Assembly (NCBI GenBank): GCA_000320545.1
Contig: ADNK01001890.1
Span: 62,001 to 126,000, forward strand
DNA length: 64,000 nt
Reading direction: 5' to 3'
Source of the DNA: Bigelowiella natans CCMP2755
Taxonomy: Eukaryota; Protista; Cercozoa
Positions 39,047-53,141 of the stretch are shown piece by piece; the stretch's first letter is position 1; each line of letters begins with the position of its first letter. The translations under genes and the position numbers were made by a program. The notes below the pieces were generated by a model. It did no database searches. It saw only the letters and a program-made list of their open reading frames with translations, and had not been told where the DNA came from.

Positions 39047-40391
39047 TATCATTAAAATATTAGATGGAACAGCTTAAGGCAAACTTTGCAATAAGAGGCA
39101 CAGAAACCCCTCAAAAAGATCGCAAATCAGCTTCATCAACGTTATCAGCTTCTTCGAGGCGGCATCATCAACGTGTTGTGTCAAGAGGTGCTCTAGACAG
39201 CTCTCCTCCTCATCATCATCATCACGATGATGCTACTGCTACTACTAATACTACTACAGAGATTGCAAATACCAGCAGCAGCAGGAATGAGATGCAAGAG
39301 CTTCTCAGGATGAATGAGGAAATACGCAGAGTGGAAGAAGACCGCCAACGAGAGCAAGAAGAATATGAGAATCGTTTGACATTACTGACACAAACACACG
39401 AAAACGAGATGAAGAAGCAGAGGGCATTGTTTCAACAGGAACTCGAAAGGCAAAAAGCAGAGGCAGCAACGACACAAAATCCTGACTTTAACTCTATTAC
39501 TCTTAGTTCTTTCAGTACACCAGCAGGAACCCAATTGAACACGCCACAAAGCTCTGCGCCTGGATCTCCTAGAAAGAGTAGTGGTGGTGGTGGTGGTGGT
39601 GGTGGTGGTGGTACTAGCAACGACGAGAATTCAAAGAAACTCAAGATGGCAGTTAAATATCTCAAGGCTCAGTACGCAAAACTTAAGCGAAAGTTCAAAG
39701 AATCTGAAATGAGACACAAGTTGGAAGAAAAGAAATTGCAAAATAAAGTCGGCAAGCTTGAGGTAATTTGATCACATTTCTCGAAATTCCAGTTGAGTGG
39801 CAATTAAATAATCTCTCCCTCCCTCTCCCTCTCCCTCTGTCTCTTGCTCTGTTACTAATCGTTCAGAACAACTACCCTCTTCCCAAAAATGCCGACATAT
39901 TGGAGCAGACTCTTGCGGCTACAAAACTTCGTCTCGCACAGATAGAATCTGAACGAGATGACTTAGAGGATCAGATCGCTGTTCTCAGAGAAGGTAACGA
40001 ATCGCAGGAGTTGGCATTTCTACGTAAGGAAACAGATGAGTTAAGAGAGACACTTACCTCAATTAAAGTCGATAAGCAGACAATCGAAGTTAAACTCAAA
40101 TTAGAATTGGATAGATACAAAAACGTGGAGCATCAGCTAGCTGCCACAAACTTAGAGCTCGCAATGGCTAAATCCGAGAGAGACGATTTCCAAGACCAAA
40201 TTAAGGAATTAGAGGAAGAAATGAATGCACAGAGGTCACTGAATATCAACATGAAGGAAAAAATGCAGGAAATATCCCAGCAACTACGCTCTGAAAAAGA
40301 ATTAAAAGTTAAGATACATCAACAAAATGCTCAAATAGAAAAACTCAAGGCATATCTGAAGAATCTAATGCGTCAGCAAATGAAGAAGTAG
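12491..40391 (+). CDS. Giant coiled-coil formin (FH1-FH2 near the C-terminus), about 15 exons and about 8,500 aa if one gene
   Basis: Long E/K/Q/R-rich ORFs joined in frame by GT-AG introns (e.g. 13256-13315, 17870-18147, 20764-21154, 28695-28828, 37316-37513, 39763-39866). One unresolved frame break at ~31044-31077. Confidence 0.75.
18294..20468 (+). repeat. Copy 1 of a 2,175-bp intragenic exonic duplication
   Basis: Matches 21298-23472 at offset 3004. The only difference I found is G20272 vs A23276 (D vs N). Confidence 0.95.
21298..23472 (+). repeat. Copy 2 of the 2,175-bp intragenic exonic duplication
   Basis: ORF-track proteins and antisense ORFs are duplicated verbatim, including the poly-Asp (GAT)n length. 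Confidence 0.95.
36205..36390 (+). other. FH1 poly-proline region of the formin
   Basis: IPPPTTTQLAPPPLAASGNGIPPPPPAFLLPPGGGGGGIPPPPPPGLLGLGVGGIPPPPGG. Confidence 0.9.
36465..37790 (+). other. FH2 actin-nucleating domain, split by intron 37316-37513
   Basis: Lasso KMKKLHWNKI..SVW; LIDSKRDQNVKIAL (conserved Ile); LQYGNYMNSG..AYGFTL..LSGLKSTDNKTNL (GNYMN motif and conserved Lys); EMFQKLAEFLVNFKKA. Confidence 0.95.
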
Positions 40392-40469
40392 GATCATGCA
40401 AGCTAATGTTGAAAACGATAATTATAGATCAAAACAATGAATATTATGTCATTATGACAGACTATGAGA

Positions 40470-41090
40470 TCATTTCGTACGCATGACAACGTCATACCTA
40501 GATGTGAGACATGCAGGGCTAGAGGGTGATTCACTTCTTTTTGAGCCTGATGATGCACGCATCAATCTAGCAATGAGCTGCGCGATTGCTTAATGCTACT
40601 GCGAGCACAACACACAACGGCAATTTGCAAGATCTGAACGCGTGCTCAATTGCTACTATGAAGCCACAGCAATGCAATTTGACGCCCACAAGACAGTGTC
40701 GCTCTGCTCGTCTTGTGTTTTTTGTGCAGGCTAGCTTGGCAATCTCTGATCAAATGAAATGCCGAATTTGGTCACATTGCTACATCCTTGTGTCATGCTG
40801 CATTGTGCACACTTAGACAGCTCATGCACAACATGACGCTGACTAATCAAACAGCTAGCATGTTTTGCATGCGCATGCAATGTTCAACTACGTGTGAGCA
40901 TAGCGCTCATCAGCAGCTAGGTAGCTTTGATTCAGTTGCAAGCCAGCGCACTGCTGCTACTGCTACTGCGCTGCGTGTACCTGTGACCTCACTCGCTCAT
41001 GCTAGCGCTGTTGCATGATGCGATGCATTGCTACACATTAGATCAATTACACACGAAGATTGAACGATGTGATATTGAACGGTTAGCAAC
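40470..41090. other. CTAG-rich, partly TpA-depleted spacer between the convergent formin and ABCC 3' ends
   Basis: Repeated ctag/gctagc with many TGCA/CATG; TA reduced but not absent. Confidence 0.6.
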
Positions 41091-41093
41091 ACA

Positions 41094-42833
41094 TCAATCA
41101 GTAGATGGAAGTTGCAAGTTTGCGTGCTTGTAAAGCTTACTCAGATAACTCCCATTTGTTCTTATCAACTGCCGTGGCGGCCCAAATTCAACAACACGCC
41201 CCTTGTCCAATACCTGTCGTTGTTTTCAGACTGAATATTAGAATCCAATCATCACATTATGAAATACTTTCGTTTCACTTACCGCAACACGATCAAATCG
41301 ATGAATGTGCTGCAGACGATGACAGATCATTAATACCGTAAGATTTAGATCCAATATCTGCCAATTTATTTTCCGCACGATATAGTTTTCCTCAGAAATG
41401 CAAATAAATATTTTGGTAGAATTTTATTCTACACGTAACGAATACAAAACCATTATCATGACGCATACTCATATTCCAACGCACACACGTGTCATCATAT
41501 AAGCACTCACACATTTGTTGAATATTCTTACCGCATCATGAATTTTTTCGTCGGTGTCGAGATCCACATGCGCTGTTGCCTCATCGCAAAGTAACACACG
41601 AGTTTGATCTGCTGCAATTAACGCTCGTGCCAGGGCTATTAATTGTCTCTCCCCAGAGCTGAAGTTAGATCCTCCATCTTTAACTGTATGGATAGCAGCC
41701 AATGATTTTAATCTAAAATATTCGCTCGTGGCTCTGTTTATACTCATTTGTAGTAGTAGTAGTAGCAGTAGTAGTAGTAGTAGTGGTAGTATTTTGCCAA
41801 TAGTACCAGAAGTTATATAAGTTTCTATGCTCAAATACATCATGAATGTATGCACCCAAGAAGGCGTTGATTGCCTCTTGCTTTCTCGCTTGATATTGCG
41901 ATGATATTTTGCAGATTAAATATCCTTAAATAGCATACTTTTTTGGTTTACTCTTGTGTGGAGATAGATGGTGTAAAACATTTTTCGATCATTAAGTTGA
42001 GGAAAGAGAAAAACCAACAGCTTCTTCTTACTACCTTCAAAATCAAGTTGTCCTGGAAGACTTCTTACTTTATCAGCAAGGCCTGCTTTCTCAAGAGCAT
42101 TCCAAATCGCAGCATCGTCATTGTTGTCAGATTTGTTGTAACTATAGCTGCTGGATGGTAAACTGCTACGAGATGATTCCTCCGTATCATCAACGAAAAC
42201 TCCTAACAAGTTTCTCCTCAAAGAAGCAGCTATAAGAACGGCATCCTATGATTAATATTCACACAAAATACAGATGTCATTTAGATACTACATACGAAGA
42301 AAGCAACCCATAAGGAAGGACGAACGAAGATGACACATCATGATGCTATAGCAGAAGCAACCTAGTAGCACTCTAAGAATAACGATGAAGTAGTAGTAGT
42401 AGTAGTAGTTGTTGTTGTTGTAGTATCGCATGATGGATGGATGGATGGATGGATAGATAGATGGATAGATGGATTGATGAATTCAACTACTACTACTTTT
42501 TATACTACTACTACTAATAATAATAATTATAATAATAATACTTCCACTTCCAGATCTTCACCACCCTGTTCTCTCTTCCAAATGTTGATAATAACCATGT
42601 TAGTTTTATATTATTATTATTACCTGATCAACAACCTGAACCATAGACCTGAGCTCATTTAAAGACAGTTGCCGTGTATCTTGGTTATCGATGTAGATAT
42701 TCCCCCTCGAGATTGGATAGAGACGAGCTAGCACTGAAAACAGAGTTGATTTTCCACAACCCGTCCTTCCACATACTGCCACTTTTTGATTCGGTAATAT
42801 GCTAAGAGCAATTCCTGTAGTAATGATAATAAA

Positions 42834-42870
<37 letters not shown>

Positions 42871-44494
42871 CGTTACTTCTTAACAATTCCATAAGCGGAT
42901 TGAAAGAAAGGCGAATGGACGACGTTTTTTCCTTTCTAATTGAAAATATTACTACTACTACTGCTGCTGCTACGTGCTGCTACGTGCTGCTATTGCTGCT
43001 GCTGATTTATGTCTACCCGACGTCATTTTCCACATATAGTGGTAGTAAATAGTAGTCATTACACATAAACTACGAAGAAGCAGCAGCAGCAAGTACATGT
43101 GGTACTATTACTAATAATAAGTTAATACCTTTAAGAACATACGGTTTATGCAAGCGATACCGCATGTATACATTTTTGAGGACTAGAGCTCCACCACCAC
43201 CATTACCACCACTATTATAATTTATATCAATAGTAGCATTATCTCCTCCTTCGTTCATCGTTGACTTGCTATCAAACCACTCTTTTGATTCTTCTTTCTT
43301 ATCTCTACCCACAGCCGTTGTTACACCATATTCATGATGACGATTGATGTTGTCCTGAAATGATGATGATAACCAAATATCGAAGAAATGTGTAGATAGA
43401 ACAGAAAGCTAAGGTTTTTGCTGCATGATATTCTACTTACTTACTTTATCTTTTGTGCTGCATACATACATACATACTTGCATGCATTCATTATTATTAC
43501 CCTATACCTACATACATAGCTCTGCCTACCTACCTGTGGTGGTGGTGGTGGTGCTGCTGCATCGTCAAAATCTGTGCGGATGAGACGAGTATACCTAAAT
43601 CGTCAATGGTTGGAGAAAAGCAAATAAATGTAAATTAACAGTGATATCTTCATTTAGATCTACATAACAAGCACTGCTATATGATGATTTTCCATGCAGG
43701 TACTACTACTTGGTAAGAATAATAGACGCTGATGACGAATAAACTACTAGTAGTAGTAGTGCTGCTACTTACTCCGCAACACGCTCCACAGATACAAAGT
43801 TTGTTTCAACGCTTGTTAGTCCTGTGAGATAATCCATCATTGACCGCTGAAGCTGTGCGGCATATAGTAAAACAAGGCCCATCTCCGCAGTGCTCATGGT
43901 ACCGTTTGATATTAAGAAAACGCACGTTATTCCACAAGAAAGATACAGCAAACATCCAGCTTGTGTTGTCAGAGCTTGAGACCATTTCAAGACGGCATTA
44001 TTAGCATATTTCTTTCTTGCCATATCCTCAACAAGTAAAAGAGATTTATGCTCAAACAACAAGCCTGCATCATATGCGTGTACTGTTGGCCTACCAGCCA
44101 TTGTATCTGAAAAATGAGCGTAGCATGGGGAATGAGCCATTGCAGCAAGTCTCCTAGCATCTCGAGCAGCTGTCCTTACTTTTGTGAATATTTTATAGTA
44201 GATTGGGGTGATAATCAGAAGAGCTCCCACAGAATACGGAGCATAAATCATCACTAACGAAAGCATTGAAACGAGTGATAGAGTCTTGGTAAGTTGCTGC
44301 AAGATTGCACTCGGAACGAAGCTATCAATAGATTGTAAATCTTGTAGAAAACGATTCAGTATGCGTCCAGAAGGAGTAGCATCAAAGAAGGGCATATCTG
44401 CAGACAGCAGTCCTGTAATCATTAGTCCATGGAGAATTCGAGACGCTACAAGTGAGCAAATTGTGAGGAGAACCGTGGAGAGAGCAACCACCTA

Positions 44495-44529
<35 letters not shown>

Positions 44530-46849
44530 TAGGTAGATCATTAGTACCATCACAACAACAACAACAACAAAGAAAAGAAGAATTGAATATATTCAGTAAT
44601 AGTAGAGTAGTCGTTTCAGCAGGAACAAGATTTTGAGGAGGAGGCATCAACGGTTAGTGTTGTGTATTATCATCGTCATCATTATTATCATGATTATCAT
44701 GATTATCATATGTTACTCTTAACTTACCACTGCATTTGCAGCACCAATACTTCCATATATTACGAGATCGATTTCTCCTTGTTTGCCTCCTTGTCTACAT
44801 TTGCAGTAGAAGTAGAAGTAGTTGTATAAATATGTATATATATATATATATATATATTTATATCGTTATTTAAAATTGCCTGTCCCATCATCATCATCCC
44901 ATCCCCCTCCCCTTTGTATCCCATTCCCTCCCCTTGTTATCAAACATAATAGATAAACGTCCAAAATAATGTTACGGAGGAGTGAGTAAGAATACTACAA
45001 GATTTTTGAGGTGACTCTGCCTTCGTTTCTTCTTCTTATTATTATTAATATTATTATTGTTATTATTATTATGCCTCTCTTCGTTGATTTATTCGTTCAT
45101 TCTTCTACTGCTACTATCTTATCTTTTCTTATCTTCTTACCCCCTCCCTGCCCATATTGATAGCCAAACATTTGAAAGAATTCCAAGGATCGCTCCGACA
45201 ACAACGAGGATGATGAGGACAGTTACGGTAGTGTACGTTCCAAAGGCATTAAGATACACTTTGAAGTCAGTCCATGCAATAAGGCCATGTGCACGATTTT
45301 CTGAGCTGGAAGATGAAGAACCTGCCACTTCTGATGTTATTTGCTCAATACATCGTTGATCTAATGTACGTCCTTCATATTTACGAATCTTACGTTTGAG
45401 ATGTGCAATACATTCTCCAAGAGAAACCTCCACTTTGTCTAAATCATCTTCTTCCTTCTCTTCTTCTTCTTCTTCTTCTTTCGAGTGGTAATTCTTCCTC
45501 CCATTTCCCCTTATGATTCTGGTAGTAGTGCTAGTAGAAGTAGTAGTAGTAGTTCTGCTATTCTTCTTTTCCTCACCATCAAACACCACGTTTCTTGGCC
45601 GCCCTTCTAGCATATTGCCATCATCATCATTCTTATTATCATCACCACTATCCTTGTTATTTGTTTTCTCCCCCTCTTCTTCTTCTTCCTTTTCTTCTTT
45701 TTTCTCCTCCACAACGACATACTTGAGCAAGCTCTGACCAGCCTTGGCTAATATCTTTGACCATGGGCCGTTGAGGTAAATGCGTTCATCTTTCAATACA
45801 ATTACACGCGTAACTTGTGGACGGGTGATATATTGAAGCTGATGTGTGGCGAGGATGATTGTTTTGTTTTGTTTGGGATCTATGAGATATCTTATACACC
45901 GATCCCATATCAAAGTGCCTGTATGGGCATCAACAGCTGAAAGCACATCGTCGAGAAAGTAGTTATCAGCATCAGCATATATAGCTCTTGCTAAAGCAAT
46001 TCTTGCTTTTTGGCCCCCAGACATCTGCACACCTGACTCTCCCACAGATGTTTGATCTTTTTGTTGTAACATCTCCAAATCGCTTTCTAGAGCAGAGGCA
46101 TGAATGGCAAAATCATATCTTTTCTTGTCCATTTTTCTTCCAAACAGGATATTAGTCTCGATAGTAGCGTTGAGAAGAAAAGGCTTTTGGCCAACATAAG
46201 CTCTTGAACCTTTTACGAAGACTTCCCCCCCTAAAGGCCTAATTGCGTGTGCCATAGTTTTAAGGAGAGTGCTCTTTCCAGAACCAACACCGCCTGATAT
46301 AACTACCAACTCTCCACAACGAATAGAGGCTGAGACCTTCGATAGTACAATATGTTGTTGTTGTTGTTGATGATGATGATGATGATGGTTCTTCTTCTCC
46401 TCCATCTCCTTCTTCTTCTTCTTCTTTAACAGGTACCCCAATAACCCTCCTTCCATTCTAATGGCGATCATGCTGTTGCGATTATTATGAGAATTAACTG
46501 CTGGAGTCGTTGTTGTTGTTGTTGTTGTTGGTCCAAATCTTTTTCCTCGTTCTTGGCTTGTTGACGAGTGCTTTGCGTCACTACTACTGATTGCTTCACC
46601 ATCATCACCATTACTACTTCTTATGATACTGCTACTATGATGATGATGATGATGAGCAGATTGCAAAAAGGCTAATGATTCTTCTTGATCATCATCATCC
46701 TTGGTGGTGGAAGATGATGATAACATAGTAGCCTCCATCTTCTTCTTCTTCTTCTCATCATCAAGGATGCAAGTATTCCCGACACCATCATGTTGTCCTC
46801 CTCCTCCTCCTCCTCCTCCTCCTCCTCCTCCTCCTCCTCTTCCCCCTCC

Positions 46850-46882
<33 letters not shown>

Positions 46883-46995
46883 CGGTAGTAGTAATAGCAG
46901 TAACAAGTATCAGTACCGTGCCGAGCTTGATTCATCCGTTCATTCATAGGGTTAGGCGTACATGTATGCATGCATTCATCTTCCTTTCTACTTTC

Positions 46996-47026
<31 letters not shown>

Positions 47027-47316
47027 CTTCTTCTTCTTCTTTGTGACCACCTTCTGCTACTCTCCATATTGCCGACTTGTGAAGAAATGTGGAAAGTCGG
47101 TTGCAAGAAGGAGTTAGCTGTGCATAGAGATTGAACATTCCGGGAAGTGTGTTGATGGACCATTGCATTTGATTTATCCAAGCTAATACCGTGAAAGCCA
47201 CTGGCAAGAAGAAGAAGAAGAAGAAGAAGAAGAACAAGGAGAAGAAGAAGAAGAACATATAATAATAATGATAAGACACACAGACATAATACTAGTATTA
47301 CTAAATTGATCATATT

Positions 47317-47365
<49 letters not shown>

Positions 47366-47912
47366 TGCCTCCCTTACTATCATAAATCAGCATCATAAAG
47401 AAGAAAGTAGTAGTAGTAGAAGAACAGTGGAAAGAATTGCTCGTCGTCATGCTTAATGCCGATGATACATGGCAACGAATTGCAACTACTACTACTACCA
47501 CTAGTACCTGTTGGATCAAGAGTCTTTTGTTCATAAACAGTGTACCATGTGAATATAGATACTGGAACAGCTAAAGATGCTACAGTCCCAGAGAATTGAT
47601 TGAAAGCTGACCAGTAGTTTGCACTCTTCAGATTAGACAATTCTTCCTCTCGGGCCTAAATAATAATCAAGATAATGATAATAATAATAATATTATCATT
47701 AATAATTAAGAAACTGTTAATGCTGATACTACTTATACAACTACTAGAACCACTACTACACAAGAAGGAAAAGAACAATGGCAGCAGCAGTAGGAGGAGG
47801 AGGAAGAGTAGAGGTGGAGGAGGAGGACTGCGCGTGCCTTCGTTGTTTGCGCATCATCGTCATCGTCATCATCATCATCATCATCATCATTATCATATGT
47901 ATACAACTGAAC

Positions 47913-47950
<38 letters not shown>

Positions 47951-48786
47951 TTCGTTAGGTTGTTCTTTGCAGTCGTGCTACTTCTACTATTCTTATCCTT
48001 CCTTTTCTGTGTTCTCGTCATTATTATTCATTATTACTTCTACTATTCTTCTTCTTCTTCTGTACTGTCATTTTTGTTTATTATTACTTATACTATTTAC
48101 TTAATACTACCCTTTCAACCCTCATCCTCCATAAAGGCTCGCACATCTGCAGCTTTATTGCTTTGATTGTTTTTATCAAACCATTCATCACACGAGATCT
48201 CTGATCCCGTGATACTTGCACTCTAGTGTACACTGGAATTATCTTCTTATAAACGTACCTACCGATCATAAAACATATTTACGATGATGATGACGATGAT
48301 AAAAAAAGGAGAAGAAGAAGGCTGCTTTAATAGTATTGTTTTCTACTTAATAACAATTAGTGTGGCAATAATGATGATGTAGAAAAAGATGATGATGATG
48401 ATGGCGATGAATGCATAAATGAGCTACTATGTAGGGGGCAGACAATAATAATTAGACAAATTCTCTCCTCACCATGCAGCATTATCATATTATGGCCATT
48501 ATTATTATTATTACATATTCAGAGCTGTGCCAAAGAGGATCATTGAAACTCCAATAAATGCAGCATTCCCAACGAGCTCATAAACAAAATATAAGCATGC
48601 AGGTAAGGAGCATACAGCCCATGTCCATTGCGCCAGGAAAAATACAACCCACTCCGACTTGGCAAATTCATCAGCGTCTGTTGCGACGAGGTTAGTAACT
48701 TTGCCTGTATCATAGCCTTCGATGGCTGCTTCTGCAGGCATATACAGTGCACTACGATATACAGCTTGTACCTGATTAGTAGTAGT

Positions 48787-48817
<31 letters not shown>

Positions 48818-49487
48818 CCATCACCCATAACGGAGGAAGAAGAAGAAGGAGAAGAAGAATAATTATCATTACCAGGGCTGATCTTGCATTAGACATTGTC
48901 CTTGTTGAGGCGAAATAGCATAATTCCATACAACCCACACGAAGCCACATAGAAAGTGACAGGGCCAATATCAACCCAAAATGATACCGCATGTCGGATT
49001 CTCCACTGGTATCTGATGAGCTTTCCAACAACTTCCTGTAGTGGTGGTGGTGGGTTATTGTTCACGTTGATGATGATGATGATGATGATGATAATATGAT
49101 AGTTGTTGTAACACACCACGTAGTATAATAATAATGATAATTAGATCATGATCGATAATGATATGTGCCATCATTATGTAGTAGTAGCAGTAGCAGTAGT
49201 AGTAATAGTAGCAATAGTAGGGACCAATAATAGGAATACAAAGGAAGAGAAAATCAATCACATAAAGTTAGTCTTTTTACTACTACTACCTACCACCTTA
49301 AGATAATTGGATCAATAAACATGCATGCAAGGAAGATCCATCCATTTATCAACGACGTAAAGAATGTCCAGGGCTGAATTCTGCACAGTACTGTTGCAAA
49401 CATTGCTACCCTACAAGGAGGGAGGGGGGGGGGTGGTGACGGACGGCAGCAGAAACAAACAACACAGACAACACAGAGAGAACACAG

Positions 49488-49523
<36 letters not shown>

Positions 49524-49932
49524 ATACAGGCAGTAGTGGCCAGTGTTGTTGGTTGCTGGTATTTATTATTACTACCCAGACAGAGCATTTTTGCCTTTGG
49601 AATATCTTTCCCTAAAGACTTTTGTTAAAGCACTGTATAGCTTCTTAGGAGAGTCGTATCGAGGCAGCAATGGTATGTCATCTTCTTCCATGCGTCCCTG
49701 AATAACATAAATAAATAAATGAATGAATGAATAATTTACCACGTATCATAATGTGATAATATGAATGATTCATCTGATCAATTTGCCTGATCAAACAGTA
49801 GCATCAATCATCATCTTTGTTATGATTCTTGTAATTGCCATATAATACAATGATGATCATCACAACTTTGATATAAACCTTCTCATTAGAAGCTGTGAGA
49901 ACAGGAGTAACCCACCAGAATGTAAATCTAAC

Positions 49933-49967
<35 letters not shown>

Positions 49968-50307
49968 GCTGACTATAATTCATTCATCCATTCCTTTCCT
50001 GATTACTACTAGAATCACAGGAACTCACCTTTGAGCAGAAGCAGCATTATTATTTTTTAATATATTATTATATGATTATCCTTACCGTGAAAAAATGTTT
50101 GCTCTATCCTCACTCACAATCTGCTGCTCCGTAGATTCTTGCCGTCCATCATTATCTTCCGAGTAGAAGATACGAATTGAGAGGAAATATATATCAGAGC
50201 ATAATTTACATGCTGATAACACAATTCCAGCAATGGTGATTATTCCCAACGGAGGAAGAGTTGTTTCGTTATTATGATGCATTCGACCATATACCTGACA
50301 CGCAAAA

Positions 50308-50345
<38 letters not shown>

Positions 50346-50454
50346 ACAACAATAAAACAATAATCATTATGCAGCAGCAGCATTATGAATTGATCTGGAA
50401 AATAAAGAGGACTTGATCATTGATTAGATGATATATCTTATGTTACACTGCTAT

Positions 50455-50489
<35 letters not shown>

Positions 50490-51464
50490 ACCCCGAGGAG
50501 TGTCGCGACTCTGAAAGGTCCAAGAAATGTGGCAACAAGAATATGAATAATTGACATTGTCACTCTCGATGAAGGTTGGGTACTACGAGCCGATGATACG
50601 TGACAGGAATGAAGAAATAATAACTCAATCTTGTCAATAGTAAGTGGAACTTGCTCTTCTTCGTCGTTGTCGTAGTTGCAGCTGCCATCATTCCCGTTAG
50701 TCTTATCGTCAAGATGATGTTCCGATGTTGTTTTCCCAGATGATTGTGGTACCGAAGAAGGCCAACAAATCAGATAAATTGATCCAACCAGAATGATGGC
50801 CCACAAGATGATGCAAGATGTTGCAAAAGCCTGATATCAAAAGAACAACAAACAAACACACGCCTCCTGTTCGTATGATGCACATAATAATCTTCTATAT
50901 CATCCCTTTTTATTGTTTTTCATCATCCATCATCAAAAGTAGTACAAATAGTAGTACTACCCACGACGGTTTTAAAGCAACGATTGTAGTTCTTAGAATA
51001 TACTCTGGCTTGAGTCTCCCCACCTGATTGATATCGCCCACATAAAAACAACAACAATAACAACATATTGAACGATACTACTACAAAGGATAATGATTAT
51101 GATTCAGTCGTAACCCCATGGTGGTATTAGTATATATTTCAAGCACGAACATACAGCAGTAACATGAATGGATAATAACAAAGGAGGAGAAGGAGGAGGT
51201 GGGCTGCTCTACTACCATCATTATCGTCTGTGCTGAGTCAGATAGCAACGTTGCTTTTGAGAGAAATGTTGTTATCATGAGAAACAATATATCTGCGGAA
51301 AACTTCCAACAATATTTCCGTGACGACGATATATTTGGCAGTTGAGGTGCTGCCTGTTGCTGTACTGCAGATTTTGCTGCAAGGCCAAAGTAGCAATTTG
51401 CTGTTGAAAGAACTTCAACAATCACGGATATTGCCACGAAAGCTATAAGAGTTGCAACCTGACG

Positions 51465-51560
<96 letters not shown>

Positions 51561-51594
51561 CTAATACATGAGGTTGCAGTGTGCTTCTTTTCAT
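41094..51594 (-). CDS. ABCC/MRP-family full-size ABC transporter with a long N-terminal membrane extension, many introns
   Basis: NBD1 GGVGSGKST, MSGGQKARIALARAIY, YFLDDVLSAVDAH (46300-45920). TMD2 FFDATPSGRILNRFLQDL..VSVERVAE (44491-43770). NBD2 VAVCGRTGCGKST (~42790-42745), FSSGERQLIALARA, LLCDEATA, ICHRL, then VLDKGRVVEFG..STD* ending 41094. The start (MKRSTLQPH, 51594) is tentative. Confidence 0.92.
51468..51558. repeat. Compound (TA)n(TG)n intronic microsatellite
   Basis: Read directly; one of dozens of intronic SSRs in the window. Confidence 0.95.
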
Positions 51595-51793
51595 CTATTT
51601 TTTTGTATGTTGTATTCAGTTGCTAGTTGATAATAACCAATATCCATCCTGAGACTTCCGCTAAACTCATCGCAATAACGATACTTAACCCTGAATCCAT
51701 CATCCATTGATAAAGAATACATTGTAAGATTTCTAAATGAATAAGCTCCTTCCTCTCGCGAGAAAAAGTAATATTACATAAGAATTGCTTCTT

Positions 51794-52701
51794 TTATTCA
51801 CGATTACCTATAGAGCTTGCGACTGGAGCTAGGATAAGGGTTGAAGTAATCGATAAATCTTCCCAATTCCCTAACATAATCTCATCTTGATTGTACTCGT
51901 CGTCCATCTCTATTATCCGATGGTATTTGGCAGCAGTATCTAGCACATCATCATCGTATTTCTCATTTAGTTGGTGGGGCCATCCCTCCTCGCGATTTTG
52001 AGCTGCTGCCCATTTGAATAGTTTTGAACGTAGAAGAAGAGATATGCACACAGCACTTAGAACGCTGGCAAGTGCAAGTCCGGTCAAAATTAGAGAAGTT
52101 GTTTCTGTTGGAAGCTTGGGACACTCAATGCCATCATCTACTACTACTGTGTCCATGGCCATAGAAGCACACCTGATGCAAACACATATAACATTACGAA
52201 CAAAAGATACAAAAATGAAAAGGCAAGTAAACAGACAGACAGAAACGTAAAAAGCAACATGCGTTCTTGAAACACTGGTTTCTGGATACGCTAGTATACG
52301 CTAGTATACTGCTTGCTTTTCGAGGTGACAAACCTAGAGGCTAATTTTTTCATACGAGGTCCCATCCACAAATCCCACGCTGAAAAGTACAGCATTGTTC
52401 CCACTGCTCCAAGAAGGAAAGCGAACATAGTTCCACTGCCAAATTTGATGATGTTGCTTTCCTTCTCTTGTTGACGGTGATTGCGGTTGCCATTATTTTC
52501 TTCATCAGAAAGTAAGGGCGTTCCGTGAGAGTGCACTAGGATCTTAGTATCAGATCCAGCCTGAATGCTGTGCATGCGGGGGGAGAAAGTATTATCCGCA
52601 ACAAGATCGAGGGGCCAGGAGCCAGGAGCACGTCCAGGACAGTGACTCACACTACGATAACCATCGTAATACCGGTACTCTAGGTACCACCAGTGCTCCA
52701 T
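51794..52701 (-). CDS. Hypothetical two-exon membrane protein (two hydrophobic helices)
   Basis: ORFs 52291-52701 and 51794-52162 carry TM-like segments (MFAFLLGAVGTMLYF; LILTGLALASVLSAVCISLLL) and are separated by an intron-like gap ending CAG at ~52174. Confidence 0.5.
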
Positions 52702-53092
52702 CTTGTCTCATCCTACAAATCCAGGAGATTTAGTAGAATTTCTATAAAATAATACTAATAACTGGTCTCATCCTGCAGATCCAGGAGATTTGTACTCGTA
52801 GCAAGAAATAAATACACATAAAAACTCCTGAAAACATCAGTAGATCTAGACTACAACTTCAACCGTTCTTCAACTCTAACCGCCAATAATGATAGAGTGG
52901 CATTGGCTGATTTTGGGAAGTTAATCCTAATATAAATTACATACAGAAATAATAGCCTGCATTTTTCCTGAGTAGGTACCTATTTTAGGCGGCAAGGCGT
53001 TACGATGGAGAAAGAGAGAAGAAAGAGAGAAGAAAGAGTGACTAGAGAGAGTAAGAGAGAGTAAGAGAGAGCAATGTAGATAGGAACAGATA

Positions 53093-53141
<49 letters not shown>

